Below, piece after piece: positions 1 through 12,440 of a DNA stretch of 64,000 nt. The notes under the pieces were generated by a model. The model was not told the origin of the DNA. It worked only from the letters and a program-made list of their open reading frames with translations, and did no database searches. The translations under genes were made by a program, and so were the position numbers. Source of the stretch: Camelus ferus (lineage: Eukaryota); the NCBI RefSeq assembly GCF_009834535.1, contig NC_045697.1:36396001-36460000 (forward strand), written 5' to 3'. Position 1 is the stretch's first letter. Each line of letters begins with the position of its first letter.

Positions 1-1149
1 ATGACGTAAACTCTATCTAAACTTCATTTTATGACCAGTATTTTCTACAAGAAGCACATGAGACTTACCTAATTAGAAAAATAATTTACATCCTATCAGA
101 AACTGTTGAAAATATTACATAAGAGAATTAAGAAAATGCCACATTTACATGACCAGGATTACTCAGCCTCTTAGGTTTAGTCAAAAGGAATGTATAGCTA
201 ACATGTTCCATAATGAAGGATAAAGCAGGTATGGACTTTCAACTAATTGACCTGCTCTTCTGTGAATACAGTTTCTCACATGTCCAACTTTAGAGGCTTC
301 AATATTCATTTTTAAAATTTAATTAATGCTATTTACATGACTCAAACATAAACTAAGCATTTGGGGCTTCTCAACGTCACAGTAACTTCAGATTCTTCTT
401 TCATGAAATGAATAAAATGCTGACATTTATATCACACTTAAATTTTCAGAGAGCTTATTTTTTCTTTTATTATAGGGACTTTAAAATATTATTTAAGAAG
501 CTCAAGAGTGGAAGTCAACCAGAACCCAGTTATTTCTTCCCTGTCCCACTGTTAATCTAGCCAACAGCAACGTAGTCTAGTCTGGCCAGAGGATAGTTTA
601 TTTCCCATTGCCTTCTTTTCTGAAGGGGCTGTAGGAAAGAAATTGGGGACATTGGCTCTAGTGGTCCCATCTTCCACTAGTTCCTTGTGTAATCTGAGGG
701 AATTTCCATAAATGTGGTGTTATTTTACCAAGCTAAAAACTCAAGAGTTTTTCCAACTGGCACCTAAATATCTTCAAGCCTTAGTATCTGAGATCCTAAG
801 TTAAGCTAACTGCTTCAAAGGCTAAACATTTTAGTTAACAGGACCAGAAAAATACCAATCCTGTATGACCCTGTGGATCATATGTGAATGTGCTTGTGCT
901 TGCTAGTATCATTATCCTAAGGCACATGACCTCTTCATTGCCTCACTTGCACGGAATGAAGTAAGAAGCAAGAATTGAGGAGCCTTCACAAGATCTCAGT
1001 CAGACTGTAGAAGGGCTCAGAGATAAATACACAAGAGTCTTCTCTACATTTCACAAACAGGATATTCTGGGGTTGTGCACAGTGTCCCTTTGTGTTGAGA
1101 CAGGGCTACTGGACTCTTGGAATTAGTGTATTAAAAAAACTCACTTCCT

Positions 1150-1314
1150 AGGGAACTATATTCAATATCTTGTAGTCATCTATAATGAAAAAGAATATGA
1201 AAGTGAATATATATGTATGACTGAAACATTATGCTGTACACCAGAAATTGGCACATTATAAACTGACTATGCTTCAATAGAAAAGAATGCAAATTAAAGA
1301 GATAATAAAAATTT
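1150..1314 (+). mobile_element. 5'-truncated L1 3' end with target-site duplication
   Basis: AGGGAACTATATTCAATATCTTGTA...GCTGTACACCAGAAATT L1 3'UTR signature and A-rich tail. TSD AAAAACTC(A/C)CTTCCT at 1135-1149 and 1315-1329. Confidence 0.8.
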
Positions 1315-2649
1315 AAAAACTCCCTTCCTTTCTGATTCCCATCATTCTTTCCCAAGAATCTGTGACTGTATTTCATTATTTTGAAATGTTTCAGTATTTA
1401 TAATGACATTTCAGTACTGTAAGAGTAGAATATTTCTTTATTACTCCTGATGTTTCCTTCTATGTAGAGGGACAACAAATATCCCAACACTCCTGAGACT
1501 GCTTCACCTTCTTCAATCAATCACTTTTCCTTGGGCCATCTACTTGTTCTTCCTAGGATAGGTTCTGCCTTTGGGAAGAAGAGACTTGCTCTGGTCCAGA
1601 GTGTGTAAACTTTTCAACACTTGGATTTGGCATTAAGAATCTTCATTCATGTTCTCTGCTCATGAATATGATTTTACTTTTTAATCTTTATGCCTTTTTC
1701 TTCCTTTCTTTATTTAAGTGGCTGGAACCCTCATTACAATGTAGAATAAAAGTGAATGACAAAAAAAAAAAAGAATCTTTGTTAATGTTCACTGTATCCA
1801 TAATAAAACTGGTGTTTTGGCCTCTGCAACTCTTTATCTCATAATCAATTGATTCAGAATCTAGATGGGGAAAGGAGCACTAGTTATTAGATCCCCTCTA
1901 ACGTTACCATTTCTAACACTACCTCACATCAGTCAAACCTAGTACAAAGAGGATATATTAAAGCAGATGCCACATACCAGTCAAAAGCCTGCTTAAGTTT
2001 GCCATATACCAGGTAGAACTTTGAAGGGACAGGGTGGGGAAAATCATAAGGCTGTAACTATAAAAGTTTATTCAATAAGTAACTTTCCCCATACAGTAAT
2101 TTTAGGTAAGAGAATCACATAACATTCATTATGTTGCCCCTACCTTAAATTTCTCCTACATTCCCTTATTTCTGTGAATGGATTCTGAAATTGCCCAAGC
2201 TAGAAAACTTGGAAGGTCTTCAAATCCTTCCCTTAATGCGCTTAGCATTGTATCAGTCACCACTCTATTGTCTCAGTTAAATACCAAACTACTCCTCTCT
2301 TCGTCTTCCTATTATTGACTCAGTATAAATTCATATCATTTCTTACCTAGATATTAAAATAGCCTCCTGATCAATCTCCTAGCCTCCAGTATTTCATGCG
2401 TTTTTCCCAAGAAGCCCATGGCTCCTAGGCTGGGCTCCTCCATAGATAGATAGGAGGGCTGAATTTCATGAGAAATATTGTAAGTTTATGCTTTTTTGTA
2501 GATAGTCCATAACTTTGATCAATTGATCAATAAAGTTCCTTAATTTCAAAAGAGTTAAGAATCATTGTCCACCACAAAGTATAAATTAGAGTTGAGCCAA
2601 CAGATATCAGTGTTATTCCTCTTTACAGGCTTTAAGCATACAGCCCAAC

Positions 2650-3060
2650 TGGTGAGCAAATTAACAAACTATGCCACATCTATATACCTGAATATTACCC
2701 GTAAATAAGAAGCAATGAACTACTGATATAAGCAACAACATGGATGAATCTCAACTGTATTATACTGTAAGTGAAAGAGGTCACTCAAAAGGCTAAATAC
2801 CATATGATTGCATTTATATGATAGCCTTGAAAAGGTAAACTCTAAAGACGGGAAATGGATTCATGATTGCCAGGACTGAGGGTGAGAGGAGAAACTGACT
2901 ACAGGAGCACAAGGGAATTTTTTGGAGTGATGGAACCATTCTTCCATCTTGATTGTAGTAGTGGTTACATGACAATATGTTGTTTGACAAAACTACACAC
3001 TATAAAGGATAAATGGTGCTATATGTAATGTACTTTAATAAATTTGACTAGAAAAAAAGG
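2650..3060 (+). mobile_element. Old L1M (L1MC/ME-like) 3' end
   Basis: AATGAACTACTGATA...ACATGGATGAATCTCA...AAGTGAAAG...TTGCCAGG pattern ending in AATAAA and an A-run. Confidence 0.7.
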
Positions 3061-3654
3061 CAAACAACAACAACAAAAAGACCCACCCCATCACCCCTCA
3101 AATTCCTATCTTGTAATCAGTAAATCCATCCATCACATTATCTACCAGAGAACTCATTCAACAGGAAATCTGTACATGCACTTTTCCTCCTTAAAAACTT
3201 TTTCTGACTCCTAACTGAGCATGAAAGTTAAGGCCTTTGGAACATGTCCCCAGTCTCCTTCCTCATCATCTTCATTACCCTTACTTCCTCATCTCTTACC
3301 ACTCCCTCAGTCATTCATCCCAACCCTGAAGCACCTTAAGCTCTAATAAAAATTATCTTAAAAGAACTCCCAGAACAACCTATGCTCCTTCTTCTATCTC
3401 TGCAAGCATGGGGAGCTTTCAAAAGAACAATGAATGATTCCAGCCTCTGCCTAGACTCATTTTTAAAAATCACTTTCTGGGGTGGTTTAAATGTGAGAAC
3501 CACTGGTCTAGAAACTGGCACCCCTTAAGAGAGTATTTGTACTTAACCACTGTGAAGGCACATAGCATTCATACTAGAATTTGCTAAGCTTTGTCTTCTT
3601 CATTAGACTCTGAGTTCCTCATAGACAGGAGCTTTTACTTTTTGATCTTTATGT

Positions 3655-3820
3655 CAGCACTTCTCAAACTTTACTACACATTCAAATCACCTGAGGATCT
3701 GGTTACAACACAGGTTCTGATTCCTAAGTCTAGGGTGAGGCCTGGGATTCAGCATTTTTAATTTGCTTCCAATTGGGCGTGAGGTTGCTAGTCCCAATGA
3801 CATACTTAACAGTGAGGTTT
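3655..3820. mobile_element. MER5-like hAT-Charlie MITE
   Basis: CAGCACTTCTCAAACTT...AATCACCTGAGGATCT...GGGTGAGGCCTGGGATTCAGCATTT resembles MER5A. Confidence 0.6.
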
Positions 3821-4194
3821 CATGTCATTATCACCTAGCACAGAGACTGCAGATAAAAGCTGCTCAGTAAATATTTATAAAATGAATCAAAATCATCCAG
3901 GTCATTCTTTACACTCGCTTAAGTAATCAAAATTGTAGTGATCTTGCAGGATCATATAAAAGAAATATTTCACTTACTCCACTTTTTTTTCCTCCAGGTA
4001 TAACAGAATATAATTCCTGACAACTAGTTAATTCTAACCAACTCTCATAACAGGTCAAGTAATAGAATTCTGCTGGGTTATATGTATGGCAAATTATTCT
4101 TGTATTTCTGTTCTTACTCTTATACTTAGGGGGGAAACATACATTTAAAAGAATAAAACATTAAATCATTTTAAAGGCATATAATTAATCAATA

Positions 4195-4390
4195 AAAGTA
4201 CTAATAAACATTTTCCCCATTATGTACCAGGCACTGTTCTAGGAGCTAGATGCATTAACTTATTTTACCCTCTCAACAACCCTCTGAGTGGGTACTATTA
4301 TTATCCTCATTTCATAGATCAGGAAACTGAGACTATTAGTTACAACTTGTCCAAGGACTTATGACTGGGAAGGGGCAGAGCTAAGACTAC
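4195..4390 (-). mobile_element. MIR SINE
   Basis: ATTATCCTCATTTCATAGATCAGGAAACTGAGAC is the MIR core in antisense. Confidence 0.7.
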
Positions 4391-4479
4391 TGATACTAGC
4401 CACTCATGTCTATTACACAAACTAGATAGTAGTAGCAGATTCCATATATTGTAATCCCCTCACTCCTTACATATACGAT

Positions 4480-4920
4480 CCTGTATAATGTAAATCTGAT
4501 TGTGTCACATCACAGCTCAAAACCCTCCACCTTTCCCATCATACTTTAGCTTTTAACCTAAGTCCTTACTTCATCCTACAATGCATTCCTTCTGCCTGTC
4601 TGTCCAACTTCATCTCCTATCACTGCCCTCCTTGTTTGTGGGGCAAGCTGAAGGGAGCCATGCTGGCCTCTACTGTTTCTCAAACATGTCAAGCATATTT
4701 CTTCCTCAAGTCCTTTGCACTTGCCATTCCCTGGGTCTTACAGGTTCTACACCAAGACTGTCACATGGCCTACTTCATCTCTTCTTTCAGTTTCTGCTCA
4801 AATGTCACATCCTCAGAGAGGTCTTCCCTAGCTATGCTATCTAACATGGAAAACCTATCACTTTTTAATCTCTTATCTACATTAGTTATATATTGAATGA
4901 ATGAATGGACACATGGATGG
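4480..4920 (+). mobile_element. L2 3' fragment
   Basis: CCTTTGCACTTGCCATTCCC...CTCAAATGTCACATCCTCAGAGAGG...TTGAATGAATGAATG. Confidence 0.65.
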
Positions 4921-5344
4921 ATGGATGATTTCACATGTTTCCAACAGCACTTTAAGGTAGCTATTTTACCATTCACAAATGAGAAAACCTTCAAAAGCCT
5001 CAATGAGGATCAAACAGCAAGTAAGTCACTAAACTAGGACTTGGAGTTATTAGACTGGTCTGGATCTAACACCAGCAATCTAGTCAGAGTCTTATATGGT
5101 TTCTCAGTTGTGTTTCATAACTATGCTTATTTTAAACAGTATCCTCTGGACTCTAAAATGAAGATACTAGTTGGTTATTTTGCATTTGGTGAAAAATCAC
5201 ATGGAAGAGAAAAGACTAAGTCACTTTTCTGAACATTAAGGCAGCACCAGAGTCCAACAACTGTTTTCAGTCTCTGAAGCTGCTAGCTTCTGGACACCAT
5301 ATTAGTATTATCTCTATTATCCTGGTTGAGGAAAGCCTCCAGAT

Positions 5345-5570
5345 GAGAAAGGTTATGAGCACAGGCTCTGGAGCAAACTGCCAAGGTTCAAACCCTGACT
5401 CTGCCACTTACTAGCTTGTGATCTTGGGTGAGTTACTTAACTCCTCCATGTCTCTGTTTCCTCATCTGTAAGATGGGAAAAATTATAAAAGAATTATTAT
5501 AAAAATTAAAGAAGTTTATATATGTAAAATGCTGAGAAAAGTAGTATGCTCTCAAATGTTAGCCATTATT
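5345..5570 (+). mobile_element. MIR SINE
   Basis: GGTTCAAACCCTGACTCTGCCACTTACTAGC...GTTTCCTCATCTGTAAGATGGG. Confidence 0.8.
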
Positions 5571-6453
5571 AATTGTCTCAAAATCCAAGAGTTTAACAAA
5601 ATAATATAAAACTACACCTTAAAGCCAATATAAATGTACCATTATATCATAATCCTCAGATTAAGAACCACCCATTGGATTGGGAATTAATCTTTAATTG
5701 AATGGATTTAATTTAAAACTAAATTACATGAAACTAAAATTTACATGAAACTAAAATTCAGGAGAATTGAACCAAGAAAGGAAATTTAATTCCCAGAGTT
5801 ACCGCCACTGCTATCTTTTGATCTTGAATGTGTAGACTATCAACAAAGCACTCCAGTCGATCTCAAGAGCCAGAAAAGAATGGAAAGAAAACCAGATTCA
5901 AATCTTTTAGAGATTCATCAATCATGTCTACCTTTTCAATTGCCCCTTGAAACAAATCAGAAGCCAGAATAGTCCATGGTATGTTGTATTTAAATCCCCT
6001 ACACAAACATGCCTGAAGCACTCGGCAGGAACGCAATCTTCTGTGTGGTCTAGACATGGTAGAAGTATGCCAAAATCATAGTAACAGACACTGGTGGCCA
6101 TCTACTTCTCAAACAACTATAATAAACTTTCTATATTTTTAAGCCCTGAGAACAAGGCTTCAGGGGAGCAAGGAACTTACCTATCTTGTTCACCACTGTT
6201 CCCTAGACCTGGAATAATGCTTAGCACACAGTAGGCACTCAATAAATATTTACTGAAAATAAATAAAACAACTATTAGACAATGTGATGTTACTTTCAGC
6301 AAAGATGATGACAAAAAGGTGAGAAATTTCTCTATATTGTATGCATGATATTAACACTGTCAAATATTTATGAACTATTGGAGGTTATTTTTGTTAGTGC
6401 CAATTTTACATCTAAGAAGTATACATAAGCATATAAGTCTTCTAATGGTAAAT

Positions 6454-7223
6454 CAAGGATGGCATCCAAAATATTTAACAACAAACAACAAATTAATATA
6501 CTATGCATATAATTAACATCTAAATCAAAAACTAAAAATATATTTCCTTTTGGTCACTATATTAAAACTGCTGTCTTGTAATTTAAACTGAAATTTAAAC
6601 CATTCAAGTCATTTCAGTAATTTCCAATTACCTGTTGATTTTTTAGAACTTGTTGGCATAATCTGCTGCAGCTATCCCTGGCTAAACAATGCCCCAATGT
6701 AAGCCACAACTTGATGTAAGAAACCACACCAAATACTTGTAAAAACAAATTCTTATAACAACAAGTCATGAGAACCCCAGCTCTTTGCTCTTTGTGCTTC
6801 TTGCATCCAGGACACATCAGTAAACAATTTGAATATGATGATCAGCTATGGTCCTGGACACCAGAGCCTGGACCAAGGTCGAAAAGCACTCATGCCAACA
6901 ATAATGCCCCCAACACCATGTACTCTACGCCATCCAATTTTGGGCCACCCGTGGAGCAAAGGACAAGTGCTGCACCTCTACAACCATCACTAGCAGCATG
7001 AACTCTCTCCACTGCCTCAGAGCCCTCAGCACCTCTGGGGGTCAGCTGTATCCACACCAGGATGCTCCTAGGCCCTATCACGCGCCTCCACAGGGCAACA
7101 GTACTTGGTGACTTGTGGTCTCAACAAGCAGAGAATTTCTCTTTACTTACTATTACAGGAGCATTTTAGTATTTAAAACACAAGTTTGACAATACAGCTA
7201 TGTACCACTGAAAATCAACCCTG
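6454..7223. mobile_element. Probable hAT-Tip100-type non-autonomous DNA transposon (Zaphod/MER115-like)
   Basis: Left end CAAGGATGGCATCCAAAATATTTAACAAC and right end GTACCACTGAAAATCAACCCTG resemble degenerate termini of this group; GC-richer interior. No clear TSD. Confidence 0.5.
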
Positions 7224-8684
7224 AGGATTACCAATATGGAATCATAACACTATGTTGAAACATCTCTGACACAAATCAACCATAAACTGATCATTCAGAA
7301 GATAGTTTGGAGGGTTTTCCAAAAGGTATTCATTAAAGACTTCAATTTATAAATTATTAGAACCACAGTAACAAATTTGTTCCAATTAGATCTATCCTCC
7401 AAAGTCTACCTTTCATCAACCAGCAATAATTCTGATCCTTTCTGAAGAAGAGTATGTCATAATTTTAAAATGGGAAGTAGTTCATGGACCTTTTCTTGGC
7501 TACAGTATGCCAAAGGTGATTGGTTTCAAAGGGGACTACAAATCAAACTTTGTTCCATGCACCAGTAGATTGGCAAATGTGCTGGGCCCCAGGGACATCC
7601 CCTTATCCCACCCACTCTGGCTTCCCTTTATCCCCTATCCCACCAGGTCACTGCTGCTGCCACAGGCGACCTCTCTCCACTCGGGAGATCTCAACCAATG
7701 TGAGCTCTGACATCCTGGGCCTGGTCAGTGCTTTCCTCCATGCGTGGACAGCTACCTTGCTTACCCCAGATTGATGCTTTGAAATTCAACTATTCAGGAA
7801 GGTAGGAATGAAGCAGAGCCCTTATAATTTTAAAGGTACTTGGGAAATACCTCAAGGAACTTTAGAAAGTTTCATTCTCATTGCGTTATTATCACCTTGT
7901 ATAATTCTCTCAGCATTCTACTGAAAATAATACTTACATGGTTCCTCCTAAACCCTTGACAAAGTAGGTGAATTTTTCTTTCTCTTTTTACCTGTTGCCT
8001 TGAATCTATCCAGAGAAACCTCCCATTTGCTTCTTTTGAACAATGCCCCTCTCAATATTAAATATTCTTTCACTTGATCTCCTGTACCTAAAATGTCTTC
8101 TCCCATACCAATCTGCTTACTGAGTACCTTCACTAATTTAAAGAAAACTCTGGAAGCCCACCTACTGACAGAGGATCCTAGACAAATATGAAGTGAGGAC
8201 TTTAACAACACAACACTAACAACTCTGACAATTCAGAAAACAAAAGATGCTGACCTTGGACATTAATAGAACGTCGGAGCAATCCTGTCACATCTGGTGT
8301 ATTATTAGATGTTTATGGGTTTTTTTTTTTCAGTAAAGAACAACTTCAGAGCCTCAAATCTTCATTCTTGAAATGGTAAATAACACTTAACTCACCTAAT
8401 TTGTTGAGGAGATCAAATAAGGTAATGTGGAAATGATTTTTATCCATTAAATAGTCACATAAATATGATTAGTTAATATTACTATTTCTTTCCTCAAAAA
8501 TTACTGTGGGCTCAAAGTGTCAAATTTTAGAATATTCAGAAGATGTGTGCCTTGCTGCACACTCACTGCATTTGTGAATAACTACTGATGCAACTTAGGA
8601 GTCTCAGAAATATTTTCAATCAGAAAAAATGAGTACATTAGCCTCAATGAATATCCAGTTGGCAGCAATCTTTCATTTACCTGT

Positions 8685-9900
8685 TCATTCATCCATTCAT
8701 TCAAGAAATATTTATTGAATACCCACTATTTTCACGGCACTCTTCTGAGTGCTAGTTAATATACAGGAAACAAAATAGAGCCCTTTCCCTCAGGAGCTTC
8801 CATTCAAATGGAAGGAGACAGGCAACAATCAATTAGCATGTTAGGAAGTCATAAAGACAACGACAAATAAAGTGGGGTAAGGGGTTGGACAGTATCTAAA
8901 GAAAGTGGTCAGGGAAGGCTTGTCTGAGGAGACGTGAGTGGAGATTCGAAGGAAGTGAGCGGGAAAGCCGTGTGGACACCTGAAGGAAGAACACTCCCCG
9001 CTGAGCCGCAGAACTTCAAAGGCCCTGCGGCTGGGACACAAGTGGCGTGTTGAGAAATGGCGAGGCGGCCAGTGTGCCAGGAAACCAGTGTGTGAGGGGA
9101 GATCAGCAAGAGAGGAGCTGGGAGAGGTACACACAGGCAGGTCATATGCGGCCTTGAAAACAAAGCTAAGGAACTTGGATTGGATAGTGGGTGTGATGGG
9201 AGGACTGTGAGCAAGCAAATAACATGTCAGTTTTGTGTTTTGATGGGGTCACACAAGAAACTGCAGTATCTGTATGTCTTTTGTGCTTCTTTAATATTAT
9301 TTTTAAAAACTATTTGCATCCTCTACTCTGCTGTGACAAATGGTGCCTTGAGACTGAGCAAAATGAATCCTAATATTTTAACAATGGATTTGGCGATACA
9401 GAGGCCACTGGTGATCTTGACAAAGGATGTTTCGGGTGAGTTCTCAGGGGGAAATAAACCTAACTAAAGTGAAGGGAAAATTGAAACAGATGACTGTAGA
9501 GATAGCAAGTATAGACAAATCTCTAAGTTTGCTGTAAGACAGAGCGAAAATGAAAACGAAGTAGGAGGAGCCCAAGGGGTCAAGAAAGGATGTGGTCCAT
9601 TCAGTTTGTATGTTGATGGGGGAAATCCATAGGAAAAACTTTTTTGAAAAATGATGACCTAGAAAAGAGGGAGGGTATTTGAAAGAGATAAACCTATGAG
9701 AGATGTGAAAACGGAAAGGATGTAGTCTGCAAGGGTGGAAAAGTTGGCACTAAATAGTACCAGGGAGAGTACATCTTCTCTAAATATGAAGGAAAGAAAG
9801 AAAAATATGTAAGTACAGATGTAGAAAGGTTGGTAGATTTGGTGATGGGAAGACACAGAAGTTTTTTACTGGCTTATATTTTCTCAGTGATAAAAAAGCA
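8685..9900 (-). mobile_element. L2 fragments
   Basis: TTCATTCATCCATTCATTCAAGAAATATTTATTGAAT (antisense L2 3' end) followed by purine-rich L2-like sequence. Confidence 0.65.
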
Positions 9901-11339
9901 AGAAAGCTGAGGGGTGAGTGTGGGGAGGGAGATCTGGAGGGAATGACAACTTTGTCTTTCTATGTGCTCTTAGTTTCTAAATCATTCCTGACTGCTTCAT
10001 TTTATAAGCTTTTAGAGGGCAAAAGCTATGCTTACCCTGTTTTTTCTGTATTTAGAAGAGCCAGATACAAGAAAGAGATGCATGATATGCAAAGGAGTAG
10101 TTGCTATGATGCTGGACAGTCAGGACATTAAAGTTTGCCTAACTGGAGTCCGGCAGGGTGGAGGAGGACACAAAAATATGTGACCTTGATTAATTATGAA
10201 ACAATATGTCATATTTTGGGCAGAAAGAAATAGAAGTATAAGCAGTATATACCTCACACCCAAAAACAAGCATATACTTATCAGGTGTTTTTATTCGTCT
10301 AACAGTTCGGGAGTGTTTACAATGATTACTTTTATTTAAATCACACTTACAGACTGAACACCTGACTTTTTTCCAGTGACATGATTAAGCTTACATCTCA
10401 GTATTACCATTTAGCTTACTTTCTATTTTATGACCTGAAAATTAATCTTATAAAGTCAAAAACTGCACTTATTGTGGTTTTTTAACTTCATTCAACTTTT
10501 TTTTAAAAAACTTACTGAAGGTAATGCTTACCAGTGTCAGCTTCCTGATTATTCTCCCTGAACCTGAAACTTCCCAGCCTATACTACCAGCAGCATTATA
10601 TCTACCTAATTAAAGAACAATAAAGTTGATCTTTGAAAATAAATGCTCATGTCAAGTATCATAAAATGTTTTTCCTTCACCTATTTTAAGGGTAACATTT
10701 GCTACTAATGTGTATAAATAATATATTATTACAACTTGGGATTATCTACCCAATCCTCAATAGAACGAGAGCTAAGAATAAATCAACAAACATTTGAAAA
10801 TATTTTCTACAATTCTATTTAATCTCATTTTCTAGTGAAATTTCACTTCAGCCTCACATATTAACACTCATTTAAAGCAACCTGAAACTGAACTAACTGT
10901 AATATTTTCATGTTTTGTTGTACAGGTTCCCTCCACTTGGTCATCTGTTAATACTTCAACAACTTAAAACCCTCTTATGAAGGATTGTTGAGAATACTGA
11001 TATCTACACATTTCTGAAAGGTTGCCAGATGGACATTTCATTCTCCCGATGTCAGCGTAAGTGTTTCCAATCACTGGGCTAGATGCAGTTGTTTTGTTTA
11101 ATAGGGGGAAGTGCACATTGAGGATGTATTTACCCATTACAGAATTTAACAAATTGATTTTAATTGCCAACTTGCTTGTCTGTATCTACCTCCAGACAAT
11201 AAACTGTGGGATCAAGGACTGTGTCCGTCTAGTTCTTCTTTAAATCCTCAATCTGACACATAGGAAGAGGTAAATAAAATATATGCTGAATCAGTGAAAG
11301 TCCCAGCACTTTGGAGCCCTCCATAGAAACGCCACTTAC

Positions 11340-12177
11340 CTGTGAGATCCAGAGTTCTGTCCACAAAGACCACTGATGCCCTGCCTGTGGCAGTCCTCCT
11401 TCTATTTTTGGCGGGAGCAAAATTGGCCAGATCTGCAGCGATGATTCGACTGAGGGAACCTACAGCAAAACACTCCTCCCGTACCCCTAAATGCTCACAC
11501 AGGGAACTGAGGCCTGACACCAGACACCTGATCTGCAGCAGCAGCTCAGGGGTCAGGGCAGTGGCATCCACCTCACCCAGGCTTCCTAGCCTCCTCTTGT
11601 CCGGTCGGGCACTGTTGAGGATTTGCACATCCTGGGGTAACAGTGGGAAAAGAGAAGCAAAAGCTGGAGTCAAGGCAAGGTGGGGAGCAGCAGGAGCGAG
11701 TAACAACGGGACGTGTAGCACCTCAGCAGTGTAGTTCATGTTGCCCATCCACTCGCACAGTTTCTCCTCCAGTTGCTCAAACACCGGCTGCTGCCCTTCC
11801 AACTCCGCCGCTGCCGCTGCCGGCACGTGATTAGCCGTGAGGTGGACTGCGTGGTTCACAGCCGTGACCACCACACAATACTGGAAGTGACTGCGGCAGA
11901 TGATGCCCCTTAGGGTCTCCACGGTCCGGCCTTTCAGCAAGCAGCTCAACACAAACACCGCCTTGGGCTGCTCGGCTCCGCCACCAACTGCGGCGGGCTC
12001 GAACTCCCGCAGGTAACACGCAGGGCTCCCCACGGCCTCCAGCAGCCGCGAGGCTCCGCAGCCCCAGTGCAGGCTCTCGGCGCAGGCGGTGTCCAGGTAG
12101 ACCACAGCCCGTTTCACCTTGGCCAGCACCTGCTCCCAGGCCTGCTGCGTAAAGGACAGAACGCCCGGGGTGCTCAT
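11340..12177 (-). CDS. SCFD2: SCFD2 (Sec1 family domain containing 2) coding exon 1, 838 nt, ends phase 1
   Basis: ATG at 12177 (context GCCATGA) reads MSTPGVLSFTQQAWEQVLAKVKRAVVYLD...FVDRTLDLT, recognised as the SCFD2 N-terminus. Donor ACAG|GTAAGT at 11340/11339. Exon 2 was not found in the window. Confidence 0.96.
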
Positions 12178-12440
12178 GGCTGGGGATTCGCAGACGCAGA
12201 TGCCGGTACTTCTCTCAGAACTTAACAGCTTCCGGGAATTGGGGTCCCCGAAAGTTTGACAGTCAACACAGTACACGTGGGGCCGCCTCTGATTTGTCCA
12301 GGCGCATTCTGGGCGCACGACAATGACGTCACGGAGCCTGATTGGCTAGGGAGGATGCCCGTCGCGAAAGAATGGTGAGATCTGGGAAGAAATGGGCGGG
12401 GCCACGGGGTCCTGGGGCGCCTCGAAAGTTCCCGGAAGGA
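11780..12440 (-). promoter_or_regulatory. SCFD2: SCFD2 CpG island and promoter
   Basis: CpG-rich. E-box CACGTG 12274-12279, CRE TGACGTCA 12324-12331, CCAAT box (ATTGG 12341-12345), GC box GGGCGGGG 12394-12401, ETS-like CCGGAAG 12432-12438. Confidence 0.85.

Noticed and set aside
5724..5757. Exact 17-bp tandem duplication TTACATGAAACTAAAAT as an array or CRISPR-like repeat
   Set aside because: Only two full units and no spacers; ordinary slippage duplication. No prokaryotic-type systems are seen anywhere in the window.
1..11339. SCFD2 exon 2 or intronic snoRNA/snRNA genes
   Set aside because: No matching peptide and no convincing box C/D, H/ACA or snRNA sequence recognised by eye; an Infernal/Rfam scan would be needed to exclude them.
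11342..12019. Antisense and alternative-frame ORFs over SCFD2 exon 1
   Set aside because: Expected shadows of a GC-rich coding exon; no recognisable protein.
11248..12318. 356-aa ORF as a complete single-exon gene
   Set aside because: It is SCFD2 exon 1 plus upstream sequence and intron read-through. The real start is 12177 and a strong donor lies at 11340/11339.
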